Positions 12,124-25,152 of a stretch of DNA of 64,000 nucleotides are shown piece by piece (position 1 is the first letter of the stretch; each line of letters begins with the position of its first letter). The notes beneath the pieces are model-generated. The model saw only the letters and a list, made by a program, of their open reading frames with translations. It made no database searches and was not told the origin of the DNA. Both the position numbers and the translations under genes were made by a program. The DNA is from Eledone cirrhosa (lineage: Eukaryota): positions 249,860,001 through 249,924,000 of the forward strand of contig OZ024740.1 of assembly GCA_964016885.1 (NCBI GenBank). The letters are read 5' to 3'.

Positions 12124-12625
12124 TATGTATACGTACATACATATATGTATACAGACGTACAGTAGTATGTATATATATATATACATACATGCACACATAT
12201 ATATATGTACGTATGGATTCACCGAACATTTATTATAATGCTCGGTGTGTTTGTAAACAAACATCCCGAATTAAGCCATACAGTGTCTAGCAACCATCGT
12301 TGCTCATTTGTTCAACCCTGACAAAGGAACGCTGTACTAGTTTCAAGCTTATTAACTATCGTCAGCAACGTATACCTTCCTGCCAGATGGTTGAATGTCT
12401 GAAAGTATAAACTTTCCTTATGCATATTAACGGCTGAGCAGCCTAATTTGCATATCGAGTGAGTTAATCGGCTGGGGTACCGAAAACGATAAACGGAAAA
12501 AATGAAACGAAGCATTATAAATGTTCGGTGAATCCATACGTACATATATATATGTGTGCATGTATGTATATATTATATACATACTACTGTACGTCTGTAT
12601 ACATATATGTATGTACGTATACATA
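12124..12625. repeat. Inverted repeat with about 115-bp arms around a hammerhead-bearing spacer
   Basis: 12124..12242 is the reverse complement of 12511..12625, with small indels. Confidence 0.9.
12330..12370 (-). ncRNA. Minimal type I hammerhead ribozyme motif with canonical core
   Basis: Minus strand reads CGTTG-CTGACGA-TAGTTAATAAGCTT-GAAA-CTAG-TA-CAGCG. 5-bp stem I, AGTT/AGCT stem II, palindromic CTAG stem III. Confidence 0.8.
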
Positions 12626-12687
12626 TTTATATTTAAGTAACAGCCGTACTAAGAGAAATGAAATTTTGTTTCATTTTGTCCGTTTAC

Positions 12688-12718
<31 letters not shown>

Positions 12719-12767
12719 CATACATATATATATATATATATATACATACATATATATATATATATAT

Positions 12768-13825
12768 CATCATCATCATCATAGTTTAACTTCCACGCTA
12801 GCATGGGTTAGACGGGAGATGTCCCAATTTGAGGCAAGATTGGTCAGGTGATCGTGTCTCGTTCATACAGGACTATCTGCTAGGTTTTCTACGGCTGGAT
12901 GCCCTTCCTAACACCAACCAGATTTACATTGTGGACTGGGAACTTTTTACCGTGTTACCTACATGATCCGTGTGTCTTTTTGTCTTGACACCTACATGAT
13001 CTTGATCTCATTAATTTGGACTGGATGTGGTACCAACTTTACAGAGAAAGGGTGGTGTTGGTGGGAGTGGGAGGATGAAGTAGGGTTAGTGGATTGGGGT
13101 GTATATTTGGTTAAGAGGTGCCTATTGACTGTAGGTTTCACTTTGTACATAGGCAAGGCGGGTCTTCTGTATTACTGCGTGGCGCCAAAGATCTCAGTCC
13201 AGTGACATTGTTCTTAGAGAGGTGCAGGTGTGTAAGGTTGGAATTTATCAAATTGTCCATCAATTTTGATCGAACTGCACTTTCTTTTATACAGCTGTCA
13301 TCTTTCATGCACATCACGTGACCATACCAACGTACTCTTCTCTTGCGTAAACAGCATCTGATCCCTCTTATTCCTAATTTCTCACTTAGTTCGTTTATGC
13401 TTTGCAGTTCGCGTATATTATTATTACACATCCAACAGAGCATGCATGTTTTGTTCCTTTGCAGTCCGCGCAGGTCCTCTGCACACAATGCCCATGTCTC
13501 ACTGCCATTTAACATTGTTGTTCGTATACAGGCATCATACAATCTGCCTTTCATTTTTAGAGAGAAACCTTTTGTGGCCAACAGTGGTATAAGCTCTCTG
13601 AACTTTTTCCATCCCTTTCTGACTCTGGCTACTGTACTTTCAGAGCACCCTCCACCACTGCTGATGTTGTCACCCAGGTAACGGAAAGTGTCCACTATTT
13701 CTATAGAACCATCTGGGCAATAGAAGGATATAGCATCCAGTGGGCACTTGCTACTTATTACACCTAAGCATTGGCCACATATAAAAATCTACGTTCTTAG
13801 ATAGCTTACCTGTGATCCCACTACA
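12768..13825 (-). mobile_element. RTE LINE 3' fragment (family A)
   Basis: ORF 13138..13695 is homologous to 6085..6663; (CAT)n tail at 12768. Confidence 0.88.
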
Positions 13826-13960
13826 TATATATATATATACACACACACATATATGCATATATATATATACATATACATATATATAGATGCCGATATATAT
13901 ATATATATATATATTGAGTTTCAGAAGATCCCGTTAAGGGTGAAAGCAGCATATGTATAT

Positions 13961-14305
13961 GGAGGCACATGGCTTAGTGGTTAGAGCATTGGCCTTGCAA
14001 TCGAAAAGTTGTGAGTTCAATTCTCAGACCGGGTGATGTGTTGTTTCCTTGAGCAAGACACTTTATTTCACATTGCTCCAGTTTACTCAGCTGTAGAAAT
14101 GAGATGATAGGGACTGGGGTCCATATCATTCCACTGCAAAGTGGTCGTGGAGGTGCCACGGCAAAAAAGCACCCAGCACTCACTGTAAATGAGGTTGGTG
14201 TTAGGAAGGGCATCCAGCTGTAGAAATCAAGCCAGAATGAGTTCCCGTCCCACCCTTGCAAGCAAGGAAAAAGCGGACGTAAAATGAAATGATGATGATG
14301 ATGAT
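13961..14305 (+). mobile_element. Full tRNA-derived SINE with CORE-like domain and RTE-derived 3' tail
   Basis: A box TGGCTTAGTGG and B box GAGTTCAATTC; CCTTGAGCAAGACACTT...CAGCTGTAGAAATG resembles CORE; tail GGAAGGGCATCCAGCTGTAGAAA...GGACGTAAAATG(GAT)n is shared with RTE family A. Confidence 0.85.
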
Positions 14306-14507
14306 AGATATATTCAAAATTAGGAGTGCCTCTCAGTGTGTTCGTGTTTGTTTATAGGTACTTTGAATTTTTTTCTGCCTTTGTATCACTTTTTTTAAAG
14401 AATCCCCTTTATTTAAACTCAACAACCAATGGCCTCCACCCATCCCAATCACCACCCTCTCCTTCCACCAGAAAATGTATAAATACCCCCATATTACACT
14501 GACAGTC

Positions 14508-14558
14508 GGCTTCCTGTTGATTTCTCCTGAATGAAACAGTTCTAGTCCTGTAGAAGCT
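14508..14558 (+). ncRNA. Type I hammerhead motif with an A6-to-U core change, in a PLE-type terminal fragment
   Basis: GGCTTC-CTGTTGA-TTTCTCCTGAAT-GAAA-CAGTTCTAGTCCTG-TA-GAAGCT. The downstream TATTGAGTAC motif is shared with the PLE end near 10932. Confidence 0.6.
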
Positions 14559-14641
14559 ATTTCTATATTAAATATCTATACTCTGCTATGTATTGAGTAC
14601 CTCACTTACTGTGGTTACCCCCGATTGAACCTGAGATAAAC

Positions 14642-14672
<31 letters not shown>

Positions 14673-14676
14673 TTTT

Positions 14677-15445
14677 ATCTTCTGCTTCACCCACTTATTC
14701 CTGAGAGGGTCGTGGGGGCAGAGTCCTCAAACACTCCTTCGAGTGGACCCTGTCAGAAGCAGCTGCCTCCAACTGATCCGGCTGGATCCCCAAGCGAGAC
14801 CAGCCAAGCTCATGGATGTTATCCAACCATCTTGCTTGGGGTCAACCCCTGGGTCTCCTGCTGGTTGGTTTTGCCCGTAAATCTGTCCAATGATTCTTTC
14901 CCCGAGACATTCTAACCATATGGCCATAGTATTGGAGCTGTGATCTCTGCCTGGAATGAATCTCTGAATTCCGAGCTACGTTACTCCAAAGACCGTTCAA
15001 AGGAAACCCATTTCGGCCGCTTGTATTCACAATCATATTCTTTTGATCATTACCCAAGATTCATGACCATAGGAAAGAGTTGGCATGAATACCGAATTGA
15101 AGGTAGAGTTTGGCTTTTATGCCTTCTTCAACCTCCTGCTTTCCATCACTCATGAACACGGCCCTGAGATACTTGAACTTCTCCACCTGCTTCAGAGGAA
15201 CTCCATTCACATATAGAGTGCACTGCGCAGGCTTCCTGGAGAGGACAAGCGTCTCAGTTTTCACAGCCCTGATTTTCATTCCAGCCATGCAGCAATCGGC
15301 ATCACACCTATCAAGTGCAAGTCGGAGATCACCTTCTGCCGAGTTAAGTAATACCATGTCGTCTGCAAATTTCAGCCGACTGTTTTTACACCTGCCAGTC
15401 ATGATAGCACTTTCAACCCAGCTGCTCATGTCAATCCTGTTAATG
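14677..15445 (-). mobile_element. RTE-clade LINE 3' fragment (family B)
   Basis: LKFADDMVLL, GMKIRAVKTE, VEKFKYL, QLQYYGHMVRM; homologous to 50630..52110. Confidence 0.85.
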
Positions 15446-16057
15446 TTAAGATAATAATACTTCATCTTAAGCATTTCATATACATAGACCATATCACAAA
15501 CAAGCAGGTCTGCAAAACAATTCAACATCATATTGGTCACCATGAAGACCTTCTCACAATAGCAAAGAAAGAAAGCAGCAATATGATTCAGTAGCCTTGC
15601 AAATACCACCCTAAACTGAGGAGGGGGAGAGAAAAAGAAGTGGTCAAAGAAAAAGATAGACAGACAACATTAATAAATAGATAAAACTGGTGCCCAGCAC
15701 ATCACAATGATTCAATTAAAAGTTTAGGGCCCATGATATGATACTTAAAATTATAATTAACAGAGAAACAATGATTCGGAGGTGAAGGTATTGGACTACT
15801 GAACATAGTCATGAGTTCAAGCTGTTACTACTATTACAACCACTAATATTGCTACCACCATCTTTGCAAACAGATTCTACTTTTACTCTAGTTATTGTTT
15901 GCTGTTGGAAATCACTCAAACGTTTTGGGAATATCCAAATTTGAAAATCCAATCTATCTGCTATGTTAGCATCAGCATTTAACTACTCCATCACCCCATA
16001 CAAAAGGTATAGAACAGTTTAAAAATTGAAATGTATTAGAAAGTTTATTTCTCTTAC

Positions 16058-16105
16058 CTGATTCATTATGACTCATGTTGCCCAGGGATGTTGGCTTGAG
16101 GTAAC
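16058..16105 (-). CDS. NDC1: Candidate NDC1 48-nt mini-exon ((R)YLKPTSLGNMSHNES)
   Basis: ctgttttccAG acceptor and CAG|GTAAGA donor. Phase 1-1 and open in the frame left by the 27771 exon. Falls in the poorly conserved central linker, so there is no homology support. Confidence 0.6.
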
Positions 16106-16859
16106 CTGGAAAACAGAGGATGGGTTGATTAACCCTTTCAATACCATATTTCTAATGAAAGATACTGCATATGATTTTCAAATAATTAAAAGAAATAATG
16201 AAGAATTTGGACGAATTTAATAATATAACTAATTTTCTTTTGTGTAACTTTTTCTAGTGTTTGAAACAAGCATGGAAAAATGGCGACAAGGAACGATGCA
16301 TGACCACAGCTCTCCTATTTAAACATAATATTATCACCGAAAACTGCCCTCTTAACACATGTCAGATGGATTACAATATTCATTATTGCAAATACTTTGA
16401 TTATTCCTTGACTAGTAGAACTAGTTTCAGCATAACATCACTTTAACAAAATAAATCTAATTTTTGCCAACAAACCACGTGTAGACATGAATGAAAAAAA
16501 AAATCACTACATCCCGTAGGGATCACAATAAGTACATCCCGAATTCTATAAACAACAATATACATACAGATTTATATGTAGATACATACCACATACGCAT
16601 ACACACACAAAGTGAAAAGAAATCACACTATTTCGTGTGAGAGACACTATAGTGACCATCGTACGTACATTATAAAACCACTCTAGACATTGACTTCATT
16701 TCTAACCTACATACATATTCCAATTATATATACATGTGCAGAGCTCTTTGTACACACACACACACACAATATCTAGCAAAACGTAAAAAAAAAACATTTT
16801 ATTTATCTCATTAACAAGTGTGCTAAACTTATGCAGCATATCTATTTGTTTATATTTTG

Positions 16860-19800
16860 TTCTACAGACAGAACAAAATTGCTATTGTGACACCCATGGA
16901 TGAAGTGTGTGACAAAACTGGTCGCTGTTCCAAAATAGAACATTGCCCAGAAAATCCTGTCTGACATCTATGTACAGAACCCGAGAACTCCTTCCGAAAT
17001 CGATGGGTTGAATGTGGTAAATGTCATGTTTCTATTGATCTTCAATGATCCCAGGTCAAAAAAAGGGACACCATATTTCTATGATGGATGGACTCTCGGA
17101 AATGGTTCCGCTACCAAATTGGTCCTTTCAGTGCCTAGCCTCTGTGACTTCCTCTACCATTGCTGTTGAACAACAACAATAAAAACCGACGACTGTGTCT
17201 TCCTCTACCATTGCTGCTGAACAACGGCAAAAACCGACAACTGTGGCTTCCACTACCATTCCTGTTAAAGAACATCATCAACAACAGCAACCCATGATTT
17301 CCTTTCCCGTTACTCCTCAGCAACAACCGACAACTGTGGCTTCCCCTACCGTTCCTGTTGAAGGACAAAAATCGACCAACAATACAGAGTTTGCGGAAAT
17401 ACGACAAATGATTTCTGCTTTAAGCTGAGAAATAGCAGGAATCAAATAAAGCGCTTGTGTAGAACCTCGCAACGAGGGATCTTATTGCAGTGACTTGCTG
17501 AATCTAGAGGCATTGAATAAGCCACTGAATCTGTCACCCATGAAGTAATTGCCATTGGTGTATCAGAAGACATTGCTGATCTTCAGGCATTTGCTAGCAG
17601 CTCATCCAAAGACCTAGGCTGTGCTTTGGAAACCACAAGCAGTCACTAATAATGGGGGGGGCGCAAGCTCTTCTATCCCGATGTCATCTCCAGAGATTTT
17701 GGTATTGAAATCCAGGACTTGTCAATGGCAATGAACGACAGACCCTCGTGGAGATCAATTGTTGAGTCCATTTTGGCTTAGGCTGCTGGATGATGATACA
17801 TCATCATAAACTGAAATCCAAATATAAATTGTTGTCCTTAAATGCTCGTAGTTTATGCAACAAGAAACATCTTTTTGATTCTTATGTCAAAAGTATCAAC
17901 CCTGATTTCATTAGTCATGGAAACATGGCCACATTCTTTACTCTGTGATGGAGTTTTCAGCATAGCTGGCTACAACTTGTTTCACAAAGACTGTGGTGGT
18001 GTGATTATCTACGTTTGTTCAAACTTTTAAGCAATTCCTTGTATTGATTTGAACCAATCACAAGAAGTATTTTTCTGTGATATACGTATAAACATGTCAA
18101 CACATCTACTTGGAGTTGTTTAGCCCCCTCCCCCAAATTACCATCAGGACACACAGCTTTGTGATATCCTGAGAGCTGCCTCCAGGAAAACAGCCAATTA
18201 TGTTTTTATTGCAAGTAACTTCAATCACCCTGAGATTGATTTGGAAACCTTTCATTGGTTGCAAAGTGCAAATGATTTCCTTGAGCTAGTGCTGGACTCG
18301 AACTGGTCCCAAGTAGTCACCTTCCCCACAAGAGGTGACAACACTTTAGATCTGCTCTTTACCACTACTCCGGAAACGGTTACTAGTGTTACCACTGAGG
18401 AACCTTTAGGCGACTCTGATCATGCTATGATCATTGCCAATCTGTCTCTTATGGGCAATAACAAAAACCATAACCATCTCCAAACTACTCACTTTGACTG
18501 GAATAAAGCAGACTGCAACCCTTACTGCACCGAGCTATAATGCCCAAACAGGCTTGAATTCTACGACTCTGGAGATGTGAACACAATACTTCAGAACATC
18601 TTGAACTCAATATGGACAGCATGTGCAGCATCAGTACCATGTAAGCACAAAAAACATCCCAAAAGTGCAATTTGGGAGACTGCAGCAGTCCGATTTGCCA
18701 GGAAAGAACTTTGTAATGCTGAACGGGAATACAAACTGCATAAATCAGATATCAATAGAAAAAAGCGCAATAAATCATCCAATCATCTCAAACAGGAGAC
18801 AAAAAAGGCAGTGCTTCAATTTGAGCAGTGCATAACAACCAACCCTGACAGTAGTGTTCTGGAAATATGTACATTCAAAGCAGAGACCTCACTCTCCAGT
18901 TGGTCCTCTTCACAATCCCCGCACAAGCCAGATTACCGACAATCCCAAAGAATGCACAGAGCTCATTGCTGAATGCTATGCAGGCATTTTTACTGTTGAA
19001 AACCAAAACGTACCATCTCCACCACCTCTGACAACAAATTCTATAACAACTATGGAATTTACACCTGCAATGCTGCGACGTCACCTTAAGAATAAACGCA
19101 ACTATGCCTCTCTTGGTCTTGATGGTGTTACTTGCTTCTCAAACGTGGTGGGTACTTTCTTCTGCACCAACTTTTAATCTTCTTTCAATTCTGTATTAAC
19201 AATGGCATTACTCCGGAGCAATGGAAAACTGCCAGTGTCATTCTTCTGTTAAAAAAGGGTGACCACACATCGCCTGTCAACTGTCGTCCAGTCAGTCTTA
19301 CTAGCTGCATCACCAAACTGATGGAATCCTGTGTCCGAGAACTTCTGGAATTCTCATAGCCTTATCCGACCCTTGCAATTTGGATCTATCCCTAATTCCA
19401 GCTACTGTGATCAACTTATAGAGTTTCTTGAAGACATCAGCTGGATCATTGATGGCAGCTCATGAGTGGATGTTTACCTTGACCTTGCTAAAGCTTTTAA
19501 TTCTGTGCCGCACAAAAGACTTATGGCAAAACTTTCTGCAATAGGTGTGAAGGATGATCTTTTTAACTAGTCCTTCATTCTCAGTCGAAGAGAGGTAGTC
19601 ACGGTTCTAGTTCAGCATTCTTCACCCTATGAGATGTCATCTGGTGTACTGCAGGGATCTGTTCTTGGTCCCCTTTTGTTTGTTACATATATTAATGGCA
19701 TTGATGCCAACTTAAAGAATGCCTTAGTACTGAAATATGCAGATCACATCAAGCTCTATCTTGAGATAAAAATGGACAGATCCTGAACACTATAAATCTT

Positions 19801-20678
19801 TCCTGCAATCAGACCTGGACACAATGCAGCAATGGATCATGGACTGGCAACTCAAGCTGGCTGTGGAGGAGTGTACCACCATGCATCTTGGGAGAAAAAA
19901 ATCCAGCGTCCACATACTCCCTTCACAATACTAATCTCTAGAAGTCTTCTTGTGAATGTGACCTGGGTATCTCTAAAATTGTCAAAAAGACCGAGGGTGT
20001 CTGGGCATCACTCAGCAGGACCTTTGTCAGCTGCTCTCCAGCTATCTATTTAGAGCTGAATATAGCTATGGTGAGCCACACTTAGAATTTATATCACCAG
20101 TCAGGAACTCCTGTTTTGCTCAGAATATTGACCTCCTGGAAACTGTTCAGAGATGTGCAACCAAGCGAATACTCTCCATAAGGCATCTACCATACTTTGA
20201 ACACCTTTCTTCCCTGGACATGGATACATTAAAGTTCCGACGTGTGGCAACTGACTGGGTAAACACCCACAAAATTATTAACCATCTTGCCAACAACAAT
20301 CCTGAGTACCTTTTTGAATTCCATGTGTCTAACACCATTGGGCATGCCTACAAAGTCAGAAAATAGCACAGCTCCCATGGCTTTTGGAAACATCTTTTCA
20401 CGCTCAGTGTTGCTGAAGCATGGAACAAACTACCTGCATCACTTGTTAGCTGCCGGGACACTGCATCCTTTAAAACCTCCATGCTTCCTGAAATTCGCCA
20501 ACACTACACCTGATATTCCCCCTCCATATACACACACACGCATGTATCTGTGTGTATAACATGACTGATACTGTTCACTTTCCTGACATTTGTACATTGT
20601 TCTATGTACTATACATGCCCCTTTGATGAGTTGTAGTGCACCTGAGCACTGTACACAATAATTTCATTATTATTATAA
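16860..20678 (+). mobile_element. Decayed near-full-length CR1-clade LINE
   Basis: Endonuclease remnants (FPTRGDNTLDLLFT, PLGDSDHAMI) and RT remnants (PEQWKTASVI, RPVSLTSC) with many frameshifts; (ATT)n tail; same family as 40153..42180. The 5' boundary is approximate. Confidence 0.88.
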
Positions 20679-21633
20679 CTTGACAACAGTTCTTACATGA
20701 ACTTATGATGGAAGGTTTTGAGATGAAAAATAAACACTTTAAAACAGTTTTATATTGTAGAGCCATGGATGGTTTCAAGCAGTTTGGTATCAAAAGGGTT
20801 AATAAAGACTATAGTTGTGAACAATTCAACATCAAAATCTGGTAGCTATAATCAGGTATGGATTCAGAGGAAGAGGCACAATATTTGCATTTAAACCTTT
20901 TGATCCTGCCCCAAACCTTCCTAATTCTATGATAACAGATATCTCGTTTTAAAGCGTCTATACTTAAATTAAAAAAAATAATGTTATGGAAGAATATATA
21001 TATTCATCTTTCTAGTAAACAACAACTTAATAATGTTGTTAGTTATTTTACTAAATTCCTTCAAATTGTTGATTATTTACAAAACTGTAAAAATAGGTGG
21101 TGTATTTTATTACAAAAATATGGTAATGAAAAGAATTATTTCTAGTTGTGCTCTTAATAGAGGGTCAGAAACTTATTCTAGTTGTTTCAGTTAACTGGCT
21201 GGAAATAAGTGCCACATGCAGACATGGCTGTGTGGAGAAGTTCACATTGCCACCACATGGTTTTAGGTACTCTCCTACAGTGTGCGTGTGAGGAAAATTC
21301 AGATGCAGAAAATAACTGCAAATGCAGTTGGTTGCTGTAAATAGCTTATCAATGGGAAAAAGTGGCCAGCAGTTGCTATGAAGAATTGAACTCCATATCT
21401 TTTAGATACCTGCTGACTTCTCTAAACATTGAGCTAAACAACTGTTGATTCTTTATAGTGATCACTAGCCACAATTTTCCTGCCTATAAGGAGTCATTAC
21501 CCAATTTTCTAAGATATTTATAGCAACCAACTGTATTTCCACTTATTTTCTGTGCTTGAGTTTTTCTACATTTTTTTTTATGAACTTCATATTCTCTGTG
21601 CCTCGAAAGTTCAAACTTTGCAGATAATATATA

Positions 21634-23215
21634 CATCATCATCATCATCATTTTTACATCCGTTTTTTCACGCTTAGATGGGTCCTTTGCAACACAGCAT
21701 CTCCCACACGCCATGTTCCTTTGTCATCATCTCTGAGTCTCAGCGATTTGAGATCACAAACTCTGCCCAGGTTTTTCTTGGTCTACCTCTACTGCAGTTT
21801 CCTACCATTGGGATTTCTTCATCATCCATGTGTAACACATGCTCATACCAACCTATCCTTATTCTAGCTATTATGCTCTTAGAGTACCCTCCTCTGCTGC
21901 AAATTAAGCCACCTAGATAACATAAGCTATAAACCACTTTTATGGAACCTTCATGTAATTGGAGAAGGTTTACATCACTGACACTCTTCCCCTTGATTAT
22001 GCCTGTGCATTTTTTACATACAAAGTCCTGACTTCCTTTTAGTCTACCTGTTATCTCACCACATCTCTTGTGTACCCAAGATTTACACTGTGTACATCAT
22101 ATAGAGTTTATGCCTACTTCTTTTCTACATACTGAGCAGGGCCACTTCCCTGAAGTAATCACGGTCCTATCTTCTTTCCTACTTACTAGCACTTTAGTTT
22201 TGGCTAAGTTTACTCTCAGACCTTTTAATTCTAAATTCTGTTTCCATAGTTGGAATTATTCTCTAGTTCTTTTATGTATTCAGCTATAAGACCAAATCAT
22301 CTGCATAGAGAAGTTCCCTGGACAGCCAGTTTTAAACTTCTCTGTTATGTCCTGGAGAGCTATGATGAATTCCTACTTGTACCTTCCTTGCTAAACTTAT
22401 TTCCTACTCTCACTTTACTGATAGCTCCTCTGTACATGCTCTCACAAGCCATTCTTCTATACCTAATTTCCATAAGGACCACCAAATCATAGATCGAGGT
22501 ACTCTGTCAAAGGCCTTCTCTAGATCAACAAAGGATAAATATAGTGGTTTATTTTTGGCTAAGACCATCTCTTGTAGTTGCCTCACTAAGAAGAGGGCAT
22601 CTGTAGTACTTTTCCCAGTACTACATGAAACCAAACTACATCCCATCTATTTTGACTTTGTCTCTAATTAGTTGCGCTATAACTCTTTCCACCACTTTCA
22701 TAACTTGGTCCATTAGTTTTATTCCTTTATAGTTGCTCCTTTTTAGAGCATTACCTTTGCCATTGTAGCAATTTATGATTGTACTGCTGTGCCAGTCATT
22801 GGGAATAACTCTGTCATGTATTACTTGATTTACAATACAGTTTACTCATTTGACTCCTACCTCTCCCGAGCATCTCAGCAACTATTTCTGATGGTCCAGC
22901 AGCTTTACCATTTTTCATCTCCTTGATTGCGTCTTTGACCCTAAAACTATCAACTTCAATGGCTGGTCCTTCCTTTGGGTAAGTTGGGGTAGTTTCTCTT
23001 CCTCCCATTCATTCTCTAAATTCATCAATCTCATAGTAACATTTTCAAGCCTCTTTCTTTTGGGTATCAGTGGTGCTAAGTGCATCAGTGTCATTTCAAA
23101 CACACTTTTTCCCCAAAACATCACGATTCACACTAACACACTGCCTTACAATACGGAACACTTCACATCTCAAGACATTGGCAAATTTAATTTCTTCAGC
23201 CTCTCTCTGAGTTGT
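21634..23215 (-). mobile_element. Decayed RTE LINE (family A), RT region and tail
   Basis: GKSTTDALFLVRQLQE, FVDLEKAFDRVPR, GRPRKTW; (CAT)n tail. Confidence 0.85.
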
Positions 23216-24086
23216 GTACGCCTGTCACCTAGCTTCTTTTTTAGCTACTTGATACTGTTCCCTGCAATTCTCATTGTTTTGTTTTGTGTGTGTGGTTGTT
23301 TGGTTTCATGTCTTTGCTTTGCATCTGACACTGCCAGTGGTGACCTTTGTTTTTCTCTTGCATATCATCATTATTTTACAACCACTTCCTATGCTGGCAT
23401 ATATTGGATGAAGAGACCATATTTTGCTCATATGTTTCATATTTGGCATGGTTTATATGGCTGGATGTCTTCCGAATACTAATCCCCTTACAAGGTGTAC
23501 TAGGTGCATTTTGTGGCACTAGCACTACCATTTTACATAATGTACTGGATGAATGTTCTGTTCACTCGCAAACAAACTAAAATCCAGTGTCTCAGTGATT
23601 CCATGTACGAAGATCAACCATCTTAATTAAAAAACAAAGAATGGAATGAGGAAAGGCATCCAACCAGAGATTACTGCCTCCAAAATGTCTTATTCAACCC
23701 ATTACAGCATGGAAAAATGGACATAAATGACTGTGTATATGCAAGAAATGTGATGCTGTATGGTAGTAAAATGAAGGGTATCTGTAAAAAATGGAAAATC
23801 AGTAAATTGAGTGTATGATCTCTAAGGAGGCTAAAGTGTAAAAGTGTTGTATTAAAACTATTAGCCAATGTATCCAGGAGAGATAACTGGATAATGTAGT
23901 CCAAGATACATTAAAATAAATCTTTTTTGAACCTAGAAGCTCATCAGGAAGGATCTTATTCCAATCATATGGCATTACCCTATTTGATACCAAACCATCT
24001 GAAACTGATGCTGGTTTTAAGTTACAAAACTGTTTTAAAGTGTTTATATTTATATCTAAATTATGTTAAATTATGTTTCAAACAAA

Positions 24087-25152
24087 CATCATCATCGTTA
24101 ACCACGTTTGCAGTATGGACTGGGAGGTTTTTATTGTTACCTACACGGCCACATTACAGCATCGACTGTGTGTTTTTTTGTCAACCTCATTTATTTAGGA
24201 CTGGATGTTGTGGTACCAACATAACTTTACAGAGAGAGGGTGGTGTTGATGGCGGTAGGGGTAGTGGGATGGGGTGTATTTTTGGTTAAGAGGTGCCTAC
24301 TGTCTGTAAGTTTCGCTTTGTACTTAGGCAAGGCAGGTCTTCTGTATTACTACGTAGTGCCAAAGATCTTGGTCCAGTCTTGGAGAGGTGTAAGGTCGGA
24401 ATTTATCAAATTGTCCCAGGGTTTTCTGGGTCTGCCTACTCCGTAGCTTCCATCAATTTTGATCGCCTTGCACTTTTTTATACATGCGCATCACATGACC
24501 ATACCAACGTAGTCTTCTCTTGAGTAAACAGCATCTGATCCCTCTTATTCCTAATTTCTCACTTAGTTCATTTATGCTTTGCCGTTCACGTATATTACTA
24601 TTACACATCCAACGGAGCATGCAAGCTTCGTTCCTCTCCAGTCTGCACAGATCCTCTGCACACAATGCAGGCATCATAGAGTCTGCCATTCATTTTTAGA
24701 GAGAAACCTTTCACGGCCAATAGTGGTATAAGCTCTCTGAACTTTTTCCATCCTGTTCCGACTCTGGCTACTGCACTTTCAGAGCACCCTCCACCGCTGC
24801 TGATTTTGTCACCCATGTAACGGAAAGTGTCCACTATTTCTACAGAACCATCTGGGCAATGGAAGGAGCTAGTATCCTGTGGGCACCGCCCACATATAAA
24901 ATCTATGTTCTTAATTAGCTTACCTGTGATCCCACTACATCTTTTATGCACCCATACTTTGCATTTTGGACATAAAATGGAGTTTCTGCCTACTCCTTTC
25001 CTACACACTGAGCATGGCCATTTCCCAGAGGGGACCAGTGCCCTATTTTTCTTCCTACATACTAGAACTTTAGTCTTAGACAAGTTAACTTTAAGGCCTT
25101 TTGATTCTAGGCCATGCTTCCATGTTTGGAATTTCTTCTCTAGTTCAGCAAC
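24087..25152 (-). mobile_element. RTE LINE 3' fragment (family A) inserted into a TTAA-type MITE
   Basis: KTKVL, WPCSVCRKGVGRNSILC, RRLRWYGHVMR. The flanks 23975..24086 and 25153..25263 are two halves of the dispersed MITE. Confidence 0.85.

Noticed and set aside
13961-14035. tRNA gene (also the heads at 7772 and 38688)
   Set aside because: The A/B boxes run into SINE bodies, with no full cloverleaf or terminator.
15480-15620. Possible extra NDC1 exon after a pyrimidine-rich AG
   Set aside because: No NDC1 similarity and no clear donor; it looks like old repeat sequence.
23920-23955. Minus-strand CTGATGA
   Set aside because: No GAAA core or closing stems follow.
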